From positions 256,001 to 320,000 of the forward strand of contig OZ239628.1 of NCBI GenBank assembly GCA_965195345.1: a stretch of 64,000 bases of DNA. The letters run 5' to 3'. A model generated the notes under the pieces. That model was not told the origin of the DNA, searched no databases, and worked only from the letters and a program-made list of their open reading frames with translations. Origin of the DNA: an uncultured Thiomicrospira sp. Its GTDB lineage: Bacteria; Pseudomonadota; Gammaproteobacteria; CAKMZV01. Position numbers and translations under genes: made by a program. Of the stretch, positions 62,501 through 64,000 are shown piece after piece; positions within the stretch are counted from its first letter, which is position 1; each line of letters starts with the position of its first letter.

Positions 62501-64000
62501 CGCAGTGAATGCGGGCCAGAATTTGGATTTTCTATTCGGTGTTGATTTCCAAGAAATTGAAGTGGTTCAGGACAATGCCAGTGACATTAGTATTAACGGT
62601 GTAGTTTCAGTCAATCCTCAAGATGTTCCATTCATTATTCAAAGGGGACAAAGCTCGGTTACGAGGAATATTATTGCACTGGATGATAATAGCTTTGAGC
62701 TTAACGAGTCTGTAGAAGTATCTTTCAATGATTCTGCATCGATTGCCAGTGTGGGAACCTTTATAAGGGATCCGTCAACGGCATCATTCACTATTACTGA
62801 TTCGATCATTCCTGGGATACGCATTCTGGCAGTATCTGATGGAGCTGAGACGGCCCCTGGTGTGGCGCCACAACCGGCACAATTTTTGGTTGAATTTTAC
62901 AATTCGCAGACTGATGCGGCGTTACTTAACATCACAGGGGCACCTATAGACCTCCAGATTGCTATTGCACCGAACAGCGTTGCAACAACACAAGATGTGA
63001 TTTTCCAACCAGATGTTTCGATTCAAAACAATTCGACGAGTCAATTAGTCTCTATAGCTATTGTGGACGATCGGTTGTTGGAGTCGACAGAAACACTGAT
63101 TGTGGAAATTTCTACTGTTCTAACAGCGTTTGATTCATTAGCGTTGGATCGTTCAACGTCTGCAAGTGTTTTAATCATAGACAATGATAATGCGTTCGTA
63201 ACGATTCGAGGCATAGTTGACGGTGTTGAGTCACCTAATTCGGATGCGGTATTTGAGCTTGCACTGGTGTCGGAAGATGGTTTATTAATTACCAATAATT
63301 CGACACAAAATGTAGTGGTTGGTGGCTTTATTTTGGGGGGTACTGCAAGCGATACATTGGACTTTGAATTAAATGTGTCGAGTGTAGATATCTTGATTGG
63401 TGCTAGCACAGAGATCATTGCCGTACGTATATTAGATGATAATTTGTGGGAGGGTACTGAGACGATTGAATTGTCTGTGTCAAGCGTGGTGCATCCTGCG
63501 GTGTCTCTTGACGATAATAATACGGGAACGGTTGATATCATAGATGATGAGAATGCGCCGGGTGCTCGAAGGGCATCACTCACCTTCGTCCAAGTACCAG
63601 GGGTTAATCAGTTTGAAGACAGCACACTGACCTTTAGGGTGAGTAGCGACTTGGTGAATAATACATCGCAATCAGTTGAAGTGCCTTATGCGATTGATCA
63701 AAGCGTTTTAAATGCGGTTGATTTAACAAGCGATTTCATAACTCCTCCGACGGGAACTTTTTTAATCAATGTGGGAGCAAGTACGGGCGATATTGTATTG
63801 GTTGGACTAGAAGATACTGCTCCAGAACCGATTGAAATATTGGAGATGCAAATATCGACTTCTACAACCCACCCTGCGTTGATTCCTTTGGCAGGGCAAT
63901 CATCGGTAACGCTTCAAATATTTGATCGGGACAGTGATAGTATTGTTGTGAGGATGGAGGCATTAGGAGGAGTCGAAGGTGGTTCGATGATTTTCCGAGC
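29556..64000 (+). CDS. Giant repetitive surface protein/adhesin (at least 11,481 aa, 3' end beyond window): signal peptide, C-type-lectin-like, cadherin-like and Calx-beta/Ig-like domains
   Basis: ATG at 29556 reads MILRKFGDFLKKTLQSSIVLFVVAFYSPITNA-NPPG. The same frame gives sensible protein at every spot checked (30.2, 31.4, 33.4, 37.2, 42.8, 48.4 and 63.96 kb: ...MEALGGVEGGSMIFR). The ORF track lists no closed + ORF in this frame, implying no stop. Confidence 0.93.
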   Translation, partial: MILRKFGDFLKKTLQSSIVLFVVAFYSPITNANPPGAFYLDLTTIEDSAAFPISHGPSGTNSSSGGGTPTYSVSTTNFGFGTVSINSANGTLLFARVPGGFGGPVPITVTISDLNGTGTTVLNYTVTETEYVPTSPVFTINSAVTDLNGVSIGSAVGLLQDDVIELRVGSSMTRYVVLQSATGGTANDGESSNWPSSLASAFNLENGAGVLVGECSLGGITIPSVSIPNSSAISRTLDDECTSGANIPITSTFQNVVRINRNGPIPLTAPISLTLYRAPPLAVSTNSVSADADFGLPIVINATATRETTSSASIGPRIAYTVSQSVPGVVAVTFTTGQIILTSIPNAFGQTTLTVVAAGGGGLLSTTETIAVAIARINDPPTIEVSTNALTLTEDFSPNFVINVTATDTEDVTPNFSVVASTDSIVTFTTSQNTIQLSPVLNANGVVTLSISVADSSNVITTTQIVVTVLEDNALSFRLSTNQLVISENETDRLQKIILFTDLDIPPSQIPSLGLTELTVSITERVISGDNIFSTNPISIATFSSRNRSTISFIVSGTNLMDLAARSAVYYIQRPDSVGVGEISVSMRIENAGTVFTAVDTIAITVVPANHPPVIIPRISDSSGSVVSGGAFFYYTSTENTIEAHANRVANIASPARGYLGFFETDVQRTQVESVRPIANNNNEILGVASTVVAGLGAGDEAFYILNSTLLTRFGASGGSSGTTVPAADAYDIVTAIGVAAGTALGNEYLRRDDTGISFLNVSSGLTDRALYQFNEGLASTNLITVVAFGNTTATNFVTLTGYDLDGTDALAWSATGAAGSVGQLNINVVNQTRGVEDVSLDFIPPDGFLGNSTFVITLNDGTGNSTVTSVVVSVVEAPPTFTLTTSAVVVPENATARQTIAITNVGVANGASVTFSVTTAGDSIFSGDPAPAVSFDDLVQVSSVVNAATTGTANLYYTLSPDSTGIGQIIITLTESNSGRAYSQTVTVTVESINHTPVITQYFADHQFIDRGIIRAQVVGGDLFAARGEYTGVSATTATDGTGSYQEQLDFARSLGGTLVEFDSIEVYNALFGNILTSDTRSVPLPGADIDNDRFWIGVTAAPDRFGDPTFPRVAGDRLFYHLTGQLLSNGFDADRVEVPGVYIGWGVNSPAEVGGNICVDLIIVPVSGFDPWASDTCIAGAGGFVVFGLLKAVMQFPDGLASTSLVSVRAQVNSTVTVNISGYDLDGADSPLSWTVSAGPELQSVAQDITTSNVDVQAGAETLRVVFPLPLNFVGRTTLTVTLNDGLLTTSAQITVLVENDPPTIDVSTNLITLNEDFSPNFVINVTATDREDGVLAFSVSTGGSVVTLSQITTDSITLSAIPNANGTVTLTFTATDSIALAATTEVVVTVNPINDPPTIEVSTNLITLNEDFSPNFVINVTATDTEDGVLTFSVSTGGSVVTLSQITTDSITLSAIPNASGIVTLTLTATDSGVLTATTEVVVTVNSINDPPTIDVSTNALTLNEDFSPNFVINVTATDTEDGVLAFSVSTGGSVVTLSQITTNSITLSAIPNVSGIVTLTLTATDSGGSAATTEVVVTVNPFNDPPTIEVSTNLITLNEDFSPNFVINVTATDTEDGVLAFSVSTGGSVVTLSQITSNSITLSAIPNANGIVTLTLTTTDNLGFTTTAQVVVTVNPINDPPTIEVSTNTLTLDEDFSPNFVINVTATDTEDGVLAFSVSTGGSVVTLSQITTDSITLSAIPNASGIVTLTLTATDSGVLTATTEVVVTVNSINDPPTIDVSTNALTLNEDFSPNFVINVTATDTEDGVLAFSVSTGGSVVTLSQITTNSITLSAIPNVSGIVTLTLTATDSGGSAATTEVVVTVNPFNDPPTIEVSTNLITLNEDFSPNFVINVTATDTEDGVLAFSVSTGGSVVTLSQITSNSITLSAIPNANGIVTLTLTTTDNLGFTTTAQVVVTVNPINDPPTIEVSTNTLTLDEDFSPNFVINVTATDTEDGVLAFSVSTGASVVTLSQITTNSITLSAIPNASGIVTLTLTATDSGVLTATTEVVVTVNSINDPPTIDVSTNALTLNEDFSPNFVINVTATDTEDGVLAFSVSTGGSVVTLSQITTNSITLSAIPNVSGIVTLTLTATDSGGSAATTEVVVTVNPFNDPPTIEVSTNALTLNEDFSPDFVINVTATDTEDGVLAFSVSTGGSVVTLSQITTDSITLSAIPNANGIVTLTLTATDSGGSAATTEVVVTVNSINDPPTIDVSTNALTLNEDFSPDFVINVTATDAEDGVLTFSVSTGGSVVTLSQITTDSITLSAIPNVSGIVTLTLTTTDSIGVAATTEVVVTVSPINDPPTIEVSTNLLTLIDNVASFVINATATDTEDGVLAFSVSTSSLVTVSQITTNSFTLIPVIDAIGTATLTVSAVDSGTLRASTEIVVLVRPFNNTPTLTLSTNVVTVFENYAAFNILAVSNDVEGPAGEFGITAQGQPPGAPRIRIRFGNLSSRTTSNGLFEATQVIQIDSGVADGFTLPLTVTGTIFTRDSTSGDITRLTATQLFTMIVLENGNAGFQVSTDSVTVREGGVSSTFAVSLTSQIDPGGSINLIPSPAMFGLPTQELTFNPPSLTFTNADGIASQTITVSAVDDFIDEDTETIVVSFTVTSTNSIGQAYIADAGAVPTLNVSVIDNDTAGISVSPLALTVSEAGGMATIAVRLDAQPESTVVINVSTTGVFIREFVKTVTVSDVLLSFTSLSWQTPQTITITGQDNDFDDGTQMVAVSFASTVVSGADTNTQSHWAGAQSQLATVPVTILDDDTASVVVSALSTNVLRESVANDSLTFTIRLGARPFDPVTGNIGLLNELVGGLVDSTLSTTRLSFSTGTSSWQTLQTVTVTVLDDDFDDGTRITTLTISASSAEFGFNNVPTQTRVYQTLDDDTRGLFVNPSSLTVTEGSATSAFEVRLTSRPFGSVVDVSFSSEHSFVFGTDVPNQSFLSTSNIQFGTNASDWQTPQTITVTAFDDFVDDGTQTSTYTLNVSGGDYGPSENATLTVLALDDDTAGFVVAPLFTTLIEAASAAAADRSDVIEIRAQSQPTGTITLLVNTTSSDGSDQLTLSNSSASSNSSIRLSFTSQTWNTPLLFTVTAIDELINDDGAHTTVSFSVDTTGVISGYSAATPLDPVRVAITDNEGSGFQVSPSSVTVSEGGGFSTFAVSLTSQIPAGGVIYLTPSPEMVGLSTQELTFNPSSLTFTNANGLAAQTITVFAVDDFIAEDTETIAVSFTVTTADPVGQTYISNPDFTPSTLSVRIIDNDTAGISVSPSALTISEAGGMATIAVRLDAQPESTVVINVSTTGVSLLDVEKSVTLSNALLSFTPYPSLSWQTPQTIMVTGQDDDFADGTQTVSVSFASTVVSGADTNTQSHWAGAQSQLSTVPVTILDDDTASVVVSALSTNVLRESVANDSLTFTIRLGARPLSTVTVVVGLMNELVGGLVDSTLSATRLSFSTSASSWQTPQTVTATVLDDDFDDGTRNTTLTISASSIQPAYNELATQTRVYQTLDDDTRGLSVNPLNSTVTEGGATSTFEVRLTSRPFGSVVDVSFSSEHSFVFGTDVPNQSFLSTSNIQFGTSASSWQTAQTITVTAFDDFVDDGTQTSTYTLNVSGGDYGPSENARLTVSALDNDTAGFVVAPLFTTLTEASGASQTDEIEIRAQSQPTGTITLLVNTASSDGLDQLTLLNSSASSNSSIRLTFTSQSWNTPLLLTVRAIDESFNDVDAHTTVSFSVDTTGVISGYSAATALDSVRVAIIDNENAGFQVDPGSVTVSEDGSSATFAVSLTSQIRGGGSINLTPTPEMVGLSTQELTFDPPSLTFTSANGLASQTMTVFAVDDFIDEDTETIAVPFTATSTDTIGQQYIEDPSFMASTLNVTIIDNDTAGISVSPLALTISEAGGTATIAVRLDAQPESTVVINVSTTGVNFSEFVKTVTLSDVLLSFTSLSWQTTQTITLTGQDNDFFDATQTVSVSFASTVVSGADTNTQSHWAGAQSQLSTVAVTILDDDTASVVVSALSTNVLRESVANDSLTFTIRLSSRPFNQVNVDVGLLNELVGGLVDSTLSATRLSFSTGTSSWQTPQTVTVTVLDDDFDDGTRNTTLTISSVSSNDPAYNALADQTRVYQTLDDDTRGLSVNPLNLTVTEGGATSTFEVRLTSRPFGSVVDVSFSSEHSFVFGTDVPNQSFLSTSNIQFGTSASSWQTAQTVTVTAFDDFVDDGTQTSTYTLNVSGGDYGPSENATLTVLALDDDTAGFVVAPLFTTLTESASSNQDVIEIRAQSQPTGTITLLVNTTSSDGSDQLTLSNSSASSNSSILLAFTSQSWNTPLLLTVTAIDELINDDGAHTTISLSVDTTGVISGYSAATALDSVRVAIIDNESPGFQVRPPSVIVSEDGSSVTFGVSLTAQIAAGGSIVLIPSPEMFGLSTQELTFNPASLTFTSANGLASQTMTVSAVDDFIDEDTETIAVPFTATSTNTTGQAYIADADFTFSTLSVNVIDNDTAGISVSPLALTVSEAGGTATIAVRLDAQPESTVVINVSTTGVNFSEFVKTVTLSDVLLSFTSLSWQTTQTITLTGQDNDFFDATQTVSVSFASTVVSGADTNTQSHWAGAQSQLSTVAVTILDDDTASVVVSALSTNVLRESVANDSLTFTIRLSSRPFNQVNVDVGLLNELVGGLVDSTLSATRYIFSTGTSSWQTPQTVTVTVLDDDFDDGTRITTLTISSVSSNDPAYNALADQTRVYQTLDDDTRGLSVNPLNLTVTEGGATSTFEVRLTSRPFGSVVDVSFSSVHSFVFGTDVPNQSFLSTSNIQFGTNASSWQTAQTITVTAFDDFVDDGTQTSTYTLNVSGGDYGSSEDETLTVSALDNDTAGFVVAPLFTTITESASSNQDVIEIRAQSQPTGTITLLVNTTSSDGSDQLTLSNSSASSNSSIRLSFTSQTWNTPLLFTVTAIDELINDDGAHTTVSLSVDTTGVISGYSAATPLDPVRVAIIDNESPGFQVRPPSVTVSEDGSSATFGVSLTAQIAAGGSIVLIPSPEMFGLSTQELTFDPPSLTFTNANGLASQTMTVFAVDDFIAEDTETIAVPFTATSTNTTGQAYIADADFTFSTLSVNVVDNDTAGISVSPSALTISEAGGMGTIEVRLDAQPESTVVINVSTTGVNFSEFVKTVTVSDVLLSFTSLSWQTTQTITLTGQDNDFDDGNQTVSVSFASTVVSGADTNTQSHWAGAQSQLSTVAVTILDDDTASVVVSALSTNVLRESVANDSLTFTIRLGSRPFNLVNVDVGLLNELVGGLVDSTLSATRLSFSTGTSSWQTLQTVTATVLDDDFDDGTRITTLTISSVSSSDPAYNELATQTRVYQTLDDDTRGLSVNPLNSTVTEGGATSTFEVRLTSRPFGSVVDVSFSSVHSFVFGTDVPNQSFLSTSNIQFGTSASSWQTAQTITVTAFDDFVDDGTQTSTYTLNVSGGDYGPSENATLTVLALDDDTAGFVVAPLFTTLTEALGQDQNEIIEIRPQSQPTATITLLVNTTSSDGSDQLTLSNSSASSNSSILLTFTSQSWNTPLLLVITAIDELINDDGAHATISLSVDTTGVISGYSAATPLDPVRVTIIDNERPGFQVSPSSVTVSEDGVSAIFGVSLTAQIAAGGSIVLIPSPEMFGLSTQELTFNPSSLTFTNANGLASQTMTVSAVDDFIDEDTETIAVSFTATSTNTTGQAYIADADFIFSTLNVTIIDNDTAGISVSPSALTVSEAGGTATIAVRLDAQPESTVVINVSTTGVNFSEFVKTVTVSDVLLSFTSLSWQTTQTITLTGQDNDFDDGTQTVSVSFASTVVSGADTNTQSHWAGAQSQLSTVAVTILDDDTASVVVSALSTNVLRESVANDSLTFTIRLGSRPFDPVTVDVGLLNELVGGLVDSTLSATRLSFSTGTSSWQTLQTVTVTVLDDDFDDGTRNTTLTISSVSSNDPAYNALADQTRVYQTLDDDTRGLSVNPLNSTVTEGGATSTFEVRLTSRPFGSVVDVSFSSVHSFVFGTDVPNQSFLSTSNIQFGTNTSDWQTPQTITVTAFDDFVDDGTQTSTYTLNVSGGDYGPSENATLTVLALDDDTAGFVVAPLFTTLTEASGASQTDEIEIRAQSQPTGTITLLVNTTSSDGSDQLTLSNSSASSNSSILLEFTSQSWNTSLRLTITAIDELINDDGAHTTISLSVDTTGVISGYSAATSLDSVRVAIIDNESPGFQVSPSSVTVSEDGVSSTFGVSLTAGLGAGGSIVLIPSPEMFGLSTQELTFNPSSLTFTNADGLATLTMTVFAVDDFIAEDTETIAVPFTATSTNTTGQAYIADADFTFSTLSVNVIDNDTAGISVSPLAVTVLEAGGTATIAVRLDAQPESTVVINVSTSAISPLAFTGGVNFSRTQIFFSPHPSTAWMDTQTLTVTAINDDFDDDTQTLTVSFASTVVSGADLNTQSHWAGAQSQLSTALITILDDDVAFVSLSTTDLGIIYEQAAGGITQTTFEVSLSTIPIADVEVSFAQVFSAPSTELLNIPSITFPAFISGAFSSQTITVRAFHDMEDDDTQVVSILLNASGTNSYSTALEIDTVTVTVIDLDVRGVTATPTTLTVSEDGLEGGFASTALFTVVLDSRPFFATGVAQTVVLNSTLVSSFIGASAATSQQITFSPRTLVFNRSNWDIAQQVLVTAVDNVIDEGTQQSTITLGASGGDYLSGVNEDEVVVTVLDEDEAGVLVVPTSLTVTEDQTISPSAVFLVRLLTQPNALVSVGVFSTINTTSPDTGQVFGVPQITLETSSQAISSESVTLDFTALNYFVTQTVTVRAIDDSLNDETQITTVALSIVSTPNSGYNSALEISSVRVTVLDDENAGFVFSTQTLSLIEGESDSIRVRLRSQPTQDVQLNARYTLNGLTTSELTFTPDTLIFTSVTWDIEQNVIVLAVDDFVDEDEEVVQGSFNAISSDTSYINSSDFLGDTLTLTITDNDTAGITFTTDQLVIGEVSSILSTVAMFGIRLDAQPESTVVLTLSTRVLSVSPGFSTSQIGSSFDISTLRLTYAPFPSTSWQTTQIVTLNAIDDFYDDDTQTFTLSAQSTVLLTADTNTRNHWSGSNAQFASLDVVVVDEDVAGIIARVVGAPLSVSEEGESTQVIEVRLSAQPFEEVPILSDTSINYTILSNGRTSEVILINSTFSFNTLVSGIGSWQSTQSFVAQGVEDFVDDDTQTFVLSIRTTNTIDPKYQFVDEQSTLGLSIDNDVAELLLSANSTPLTVIDALFDPNNGATFSTFSVRLATEPVNDVTLLAFSTSATLGVIDSAMRTLSFTSLNWDRAQVVTLQGVPDIPPSTDPTQSFTVRVEVSSLTVDLAYSSPTRVQAEEIDAININDDLPGFTISPLQLSLVERSQSQSTGVYQIRTNTAPSGNDAVLTIRTSTQNAGFNPELTLSDGTTQTTQTTLELRFTAGVISTIAVTVSVVDDHALIGADRLFVNFHSSTGGNGFYIFDETELSEVNISVGDDETIDGVNAFITKIADGNEGVSSQAGANVVIGDEEPVEFRTGLRNINTDQIVTNRTGGVIVFDTTITGGRVALGGSSATGSADIDIVTFEHSIIDGSTSVLQTWPTLEDPAFEGYPDEEAIEVGLILRTTTLRIFTANATATADVIDNDNFQVGLRIVNTENGAESELNDRPVIFEGSMSLANYTGSTIVLSVNYVEVPGGAIPQFSRTSGFDYFTETSPHILILAGHTTGQFLVEVFDDLIFENTEEVQVEILNPDPNSSVFVVIGGGAIGTIEDNEDLQVGLSVITGNESAGTMTFRVFLNRENNTGSTLNFDVFSTQAVGFALSTSRRATFNTDYSFGGLSAQRASVAVNALDTTGPITLIDDDLLEGTESFYLSLSLDPVGLDPNIVSRIIVSTTPVEGFIVDDEASRVRLRLYAESIGVEGVGTIGAVGGTAVRFIAVIEDTLDATTITNATGETIELNALAISTSQAILGLDYTTQAILIASGTGFVEVRYPVLNDDLFEHDETLGIEIRSVTSPFSDIQEAFGSGGNIAPASRPSIDTLIDDAQDEPGSIEIHLSATPLSINEGPLGGSGGAFSVDVRLFRVGNSTTSIINSGHAPEVIPLIISGTAQQGTDYRFGVPTTTLMIVPGSDRGVVDIEVLGDNLAEGLIPETIVLRAVEGFYAGVRDDALTLADSGASTLVLEIVDDDSNIIASIESLDPNVSEGSSMRISVNLDFAVQGTTVTVTLGYPTGPLGGSAVPGIDFSSATTAVVFPQEVRTVIVEIPVYIDNLFETTEQAVISILSTTDSEGVLNVTTDTARSELAVNIIDAEQSDVALEIRVEDGFENQSGSSTPIQIFATLRRISTNALIRTEGALAISLGITSTNNRVTTAEPGVDFDGSFLNRQRQIEILSNTSSASLSINVINDNLFENNESIFFTTTQFMRISDRLNLLNIIPVTTDIRAIIFDDIAPGSIVSTLTILTDGFESSSATLSRDVIARITIDETNNTGAPILFFLDSINSDAVGATQAGPGVDYVFPSSVGISTGSDFVEFSLIVLDDSLFESTETLEIRISSANNTAILVDQTIVTGLIGDDEFYAGLQAGIVVSSSSLVLDESSSSTPVVLTLLLSSTNNTNASITMSVITSGSAIAGLDYQAMSAFVVGVGSRTGDLSFFGIDDGFLETTETIEVSLGQSNIATVVPVSSTSSLGTSSVRILVVDDEAARGIYIGTRNAQLIGEEGSSTRQIGFDVVLLSTNVGSVPVLRNNTSSDLTFSIRAAFSDPSHAIQGLDYLIQGGNLANTEVVIAQGSTSVRVAIAVIDDSLLETRIETSTLIVRGSSRQDFIRNALSGHAVDIEIIDNEFGQTSARLLSVAGVEGSSTRQTQFVVELNQVSGLSEALEVEISLSEITATEGLDYSTNRISAQILRGSNRGVAQVPVLSDSLLENTESLLGTAIYDAQSNNQIPITFENTTAQVDILDAESLNGVSVIIEQTTTGVEGINGNAAVARVSLAQGVVNGLNTSLSLTVQAQSGTGTATLSGFNQDFESSALGANSAIIGPNLSGVDLRIPIRDDQLLEGDEFFVLVANSPSNPALRTSTSSAVIWIIDDESFPGAVSAQFAVGANGIEGTQAIEFVLNLSRVNGRSEPIVFGLTAVGGSANVGALRDLEISPTNTSQQIMIPPNRAFAQVSIPINQDDLLEGTETVQVRIDVLDPPLFVSNGTFAYVSNVNIVQATISDDEVNQDIRLEISSVTQGGEPNTTINVVVDLIRGITGLPIVNNTGQAINFSLATTGTSLGGLEQTPNVDFINDNLFGSILPGSSSGVVRITIANDFIIESTETILITPEVVHPFVRAGASTETIIIDDDFGNYVVRFALSAPIVEGAGTSNLVVSLSQADPNSTHVITLQPIGGSASLNDDLILSTLSVSLAPGQSSGVIEVRAPDDGLLEGVEEFSFRINVDETVLTLLSNTLTLSIQDNDPIILSIREGPDVNESGSIPARFELFLPSTNNTGAAISAELSFEESIALEGIDFNVSTTLYSILPGASRVFIDLPILDDAINEIDEPIVARIIRITSEQGLLGRSVATLRILDDDEGANTYYVVSDANGSESGGNGGFGFPAVGRLLSADPVVGAQRLNLFYSGNATPGLDYQAVVAATLPNASTEVIFTIPIIDDFLYETQETIILRLDSPLAHRSTTLLTITDNDVNSAQLQVLDGMEGSTPLTVIINLAKFNNTPRAITYLVTLSGDSSQGVPAASASDFLGSITSTLSIAQGASSGSVQFPVLLDSRFEMVEGVRVSLQAITNPDISFPINTTTSRIFDAFSSTLAVSITAISNGEEFTSKPIEYVVSVNTTNNSASTIGVTVQVSTANSTAEEGADYILTRNVFIGIGERTATLNVTVINDNLFESTETLTLEISSVDVAFAAIDQPRSIATASIIDDEEFNVGIELISGGAETTSGQTSSPIVLRVRDLNGLLNYSANPIAFDVTYLGVAQAGVDYTTASIIIPRAANGVDVTLNVIDDGLFESSESLEVVIAARTANNRVLVNANSVNATIEDNDLVTTASLRIIQNGSENGDDLIGELVIARANNTQNALNFEAKNIVRPGNASAADFNPSTTMIALSIPVGSSTVGFSIGIEDDSFFETTETVEFNVSVLNFPGIGVITSERGFIEDNDDAIFTLTLIRDAQERDQISAILRASIGNINQTSANIEIMYATDLGAQLGNASLADITQTTIRSVIAIGQSFQDILVTPVDDDLFELTEIFNIRAVGASNADVALMSSSIVVSIIDDDTATFTLRTVQDGSESQAGSSIGNIILELASDRVNNSSQTVRFEVGVVGGTASHSSSALDFDFSTATLEIRSGETSQSLEVDVRNDALFETTETVDFSLVSVTPIDPLIVHSSTPTIALISDANAPITAGLILSGASENPNVAIQVGVQLPEINNTASAIDFMISFANSSATAGVDFISSDVITLSIPTGSNSVTTSLVVIEDGLLEADEIVIAEIIAISNGGVLGINTTQSILIVDADIRNAQLSLDGITAGNEEGLVPAVFRLSISSTNQIGTAIVFDLEVNSSASSAELGADYTFAPMQARILNGSSFVDIVLPILQDTLYESTEYISIGISTTNISQLNVPSTFSSVAIIDNDTTTISFTSITPGAENNSSPATIPIRIFVASAKVNNTSMALQFELENVGGSATGVATQTFNADYLSSDLIISIPVGSSTGLLEVEVFDDSLFETTETVVFEVLDPVFMGGMFTSTVITAQIIDDNDIFVTAFYSEVQSGGEGITEVGDPFDAIVRVRLSRFNNTSQDVVLSYTLGGLNSDAIGGLDYVIPTSRQLIIPPGAVDSTFAITILDDFLVEKRTEILNVSFESSMSNVSTGAGSVSLGIQDNEARRVRIDVIQDATEGVPPAGVPAIVKVTLVNSSGNALINGAVNAGQNLDFLFGVDFQEIEVVQDNASDISINGVVSVNPQDVPFIIQRGQSSVTRNIIALDDNSFELNESVEVSFNDSASIASVGTFIRDPSTASFTITDSIIPGIRILAVSDGAETAPGVAPQPAQFLVEFYNSQTDAALLNITGAPIDLQIAIAPNSVATTQDVIFQPDVSIQNNSTSQLVSIAIVDDRLLESTETLIVEISTVLTAFDSLALDRSTSASVLIIDNDNAFVTIRGIVDGVESPNSDAVFELALVSEDGLLITNNSTQNVVVGGFILGGTASDTLDFELNVSSVDILIGASTEIIAVRILDDNLWEGTETIELSVSSVVHPAVSLDDNNTGTVDIIDDENAPGARRASLTFVQVPGVNQFEDSTLTFRVSSDLVNNTSQSVEVPYAIDQSVLNAVDLTSDFITPPTGTFLINVGASTGDIVLVGLEDTAPEPIEILEMQISTSTTHPALIPLAGQSSVTLQIFDRDSDSIVVRMEALGGVEGGSMIFR
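33459..36870 (+). repeat. 12 tandem 285-bp (95-aa) cadherin-like repeats
   Basis: NDPPTI units start at 33459, 33744, 34029, 34314, 34599, 34884, 35169, 35454, 35739, 36024, 36309 and 36594. Consensus NDPPTIEVSTN.LTLNEDFSPNFVINVTATDTEDGVLAFSVSTGGSVVTLSQITT.SITLSAIPN..GIVTLTLTATD...ATTEVVVTVNPI. The last copy is divergent. Confidence 0.95.
37245..49140 (+). repeat. Six full plus one partial ~1,857-bp tandem units, each five Calx-beta/Ig-like domains (A-E)
   Basis: GFQV anchor at 37245, 39105, 40968, 42822, 44676, 46533 and 48390 (periods 1860, 1863, 1854, 1854, 1857, 1857; all multiples of 3). Domains end in DNDT/DDDT/DNE and carry TV.AVDD..D and W.TPQT motifs. Confidence 0.95.
52230..64000 (+). 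repeat. Array of roughly 30 divergent Calx-beta-like domains (protein-level repeats)
   Basis: Recurring DG.E...F...L...NNT...G.A..G.DY...I..G....I...DD.LFE.TET....I.DD[DE] every ~120-135 codons, with little DNA identity between copies. Confidence 0.8.

Noticed and set aside
29669-63583. Numerous minus-strand ORFs (e.g. 33611-35581, 656 aa; 35606-36880, 424 aa)
   Set aside because: Antisense shadows of the repetitive, codon-biased giant + strand ORF, with no independent motifs.

Overview
Chromosomal window from a gammaproteobacterium-like organism, with two very different halves. Bases 1-29 kb are densely packed housekeeping genes in a rearranged order: tatC, glcB, a SIMPL-domain gene, argJ, a GST, leuS, fabD-fabH-plsX-rpmF-yceD, a GLYK-type kinase, selO, tRNA-Leu, efp, gyrB, ribE-ribB(X), smpB, bioD, tRNA-fMet-rimP-nusA-infB-rbfA-truB, sdhE and ggt, plus a decayed GDPD remnant. 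From 29,556 to the end, one + strand frame appears to stay open for at least 34.4 kb (at least 11,481 codons). It is absent from the ORF track, consistent with its stop lying outside the window, and the listed minus-strand ORFs there are antisense shadows. It encodes a giant Ser/Thr/Val/Asp-rich, nearly Lys-free surface protein. Its architecture is: Sec-type signal peptide; a head with two C-type-lectin-like domains inserted into cadherin-like domains; 12 x 95-aa cadherin-like repeats with an 855-bp higher-order period; six near-identical ~1,857-bp units of five Calx-beta/Ig-like domains; then dozens of divergent Calx-beta domains. The most striking signal is that differences between the large repeat copies are mostly amino-acid-changing, concentrated in loops and shuffled as mosaic patches. 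This looks like intragenic diversification of a giant adhesin. All translations and counts were done by hand, and domain names come from motif recognition, not database searches.
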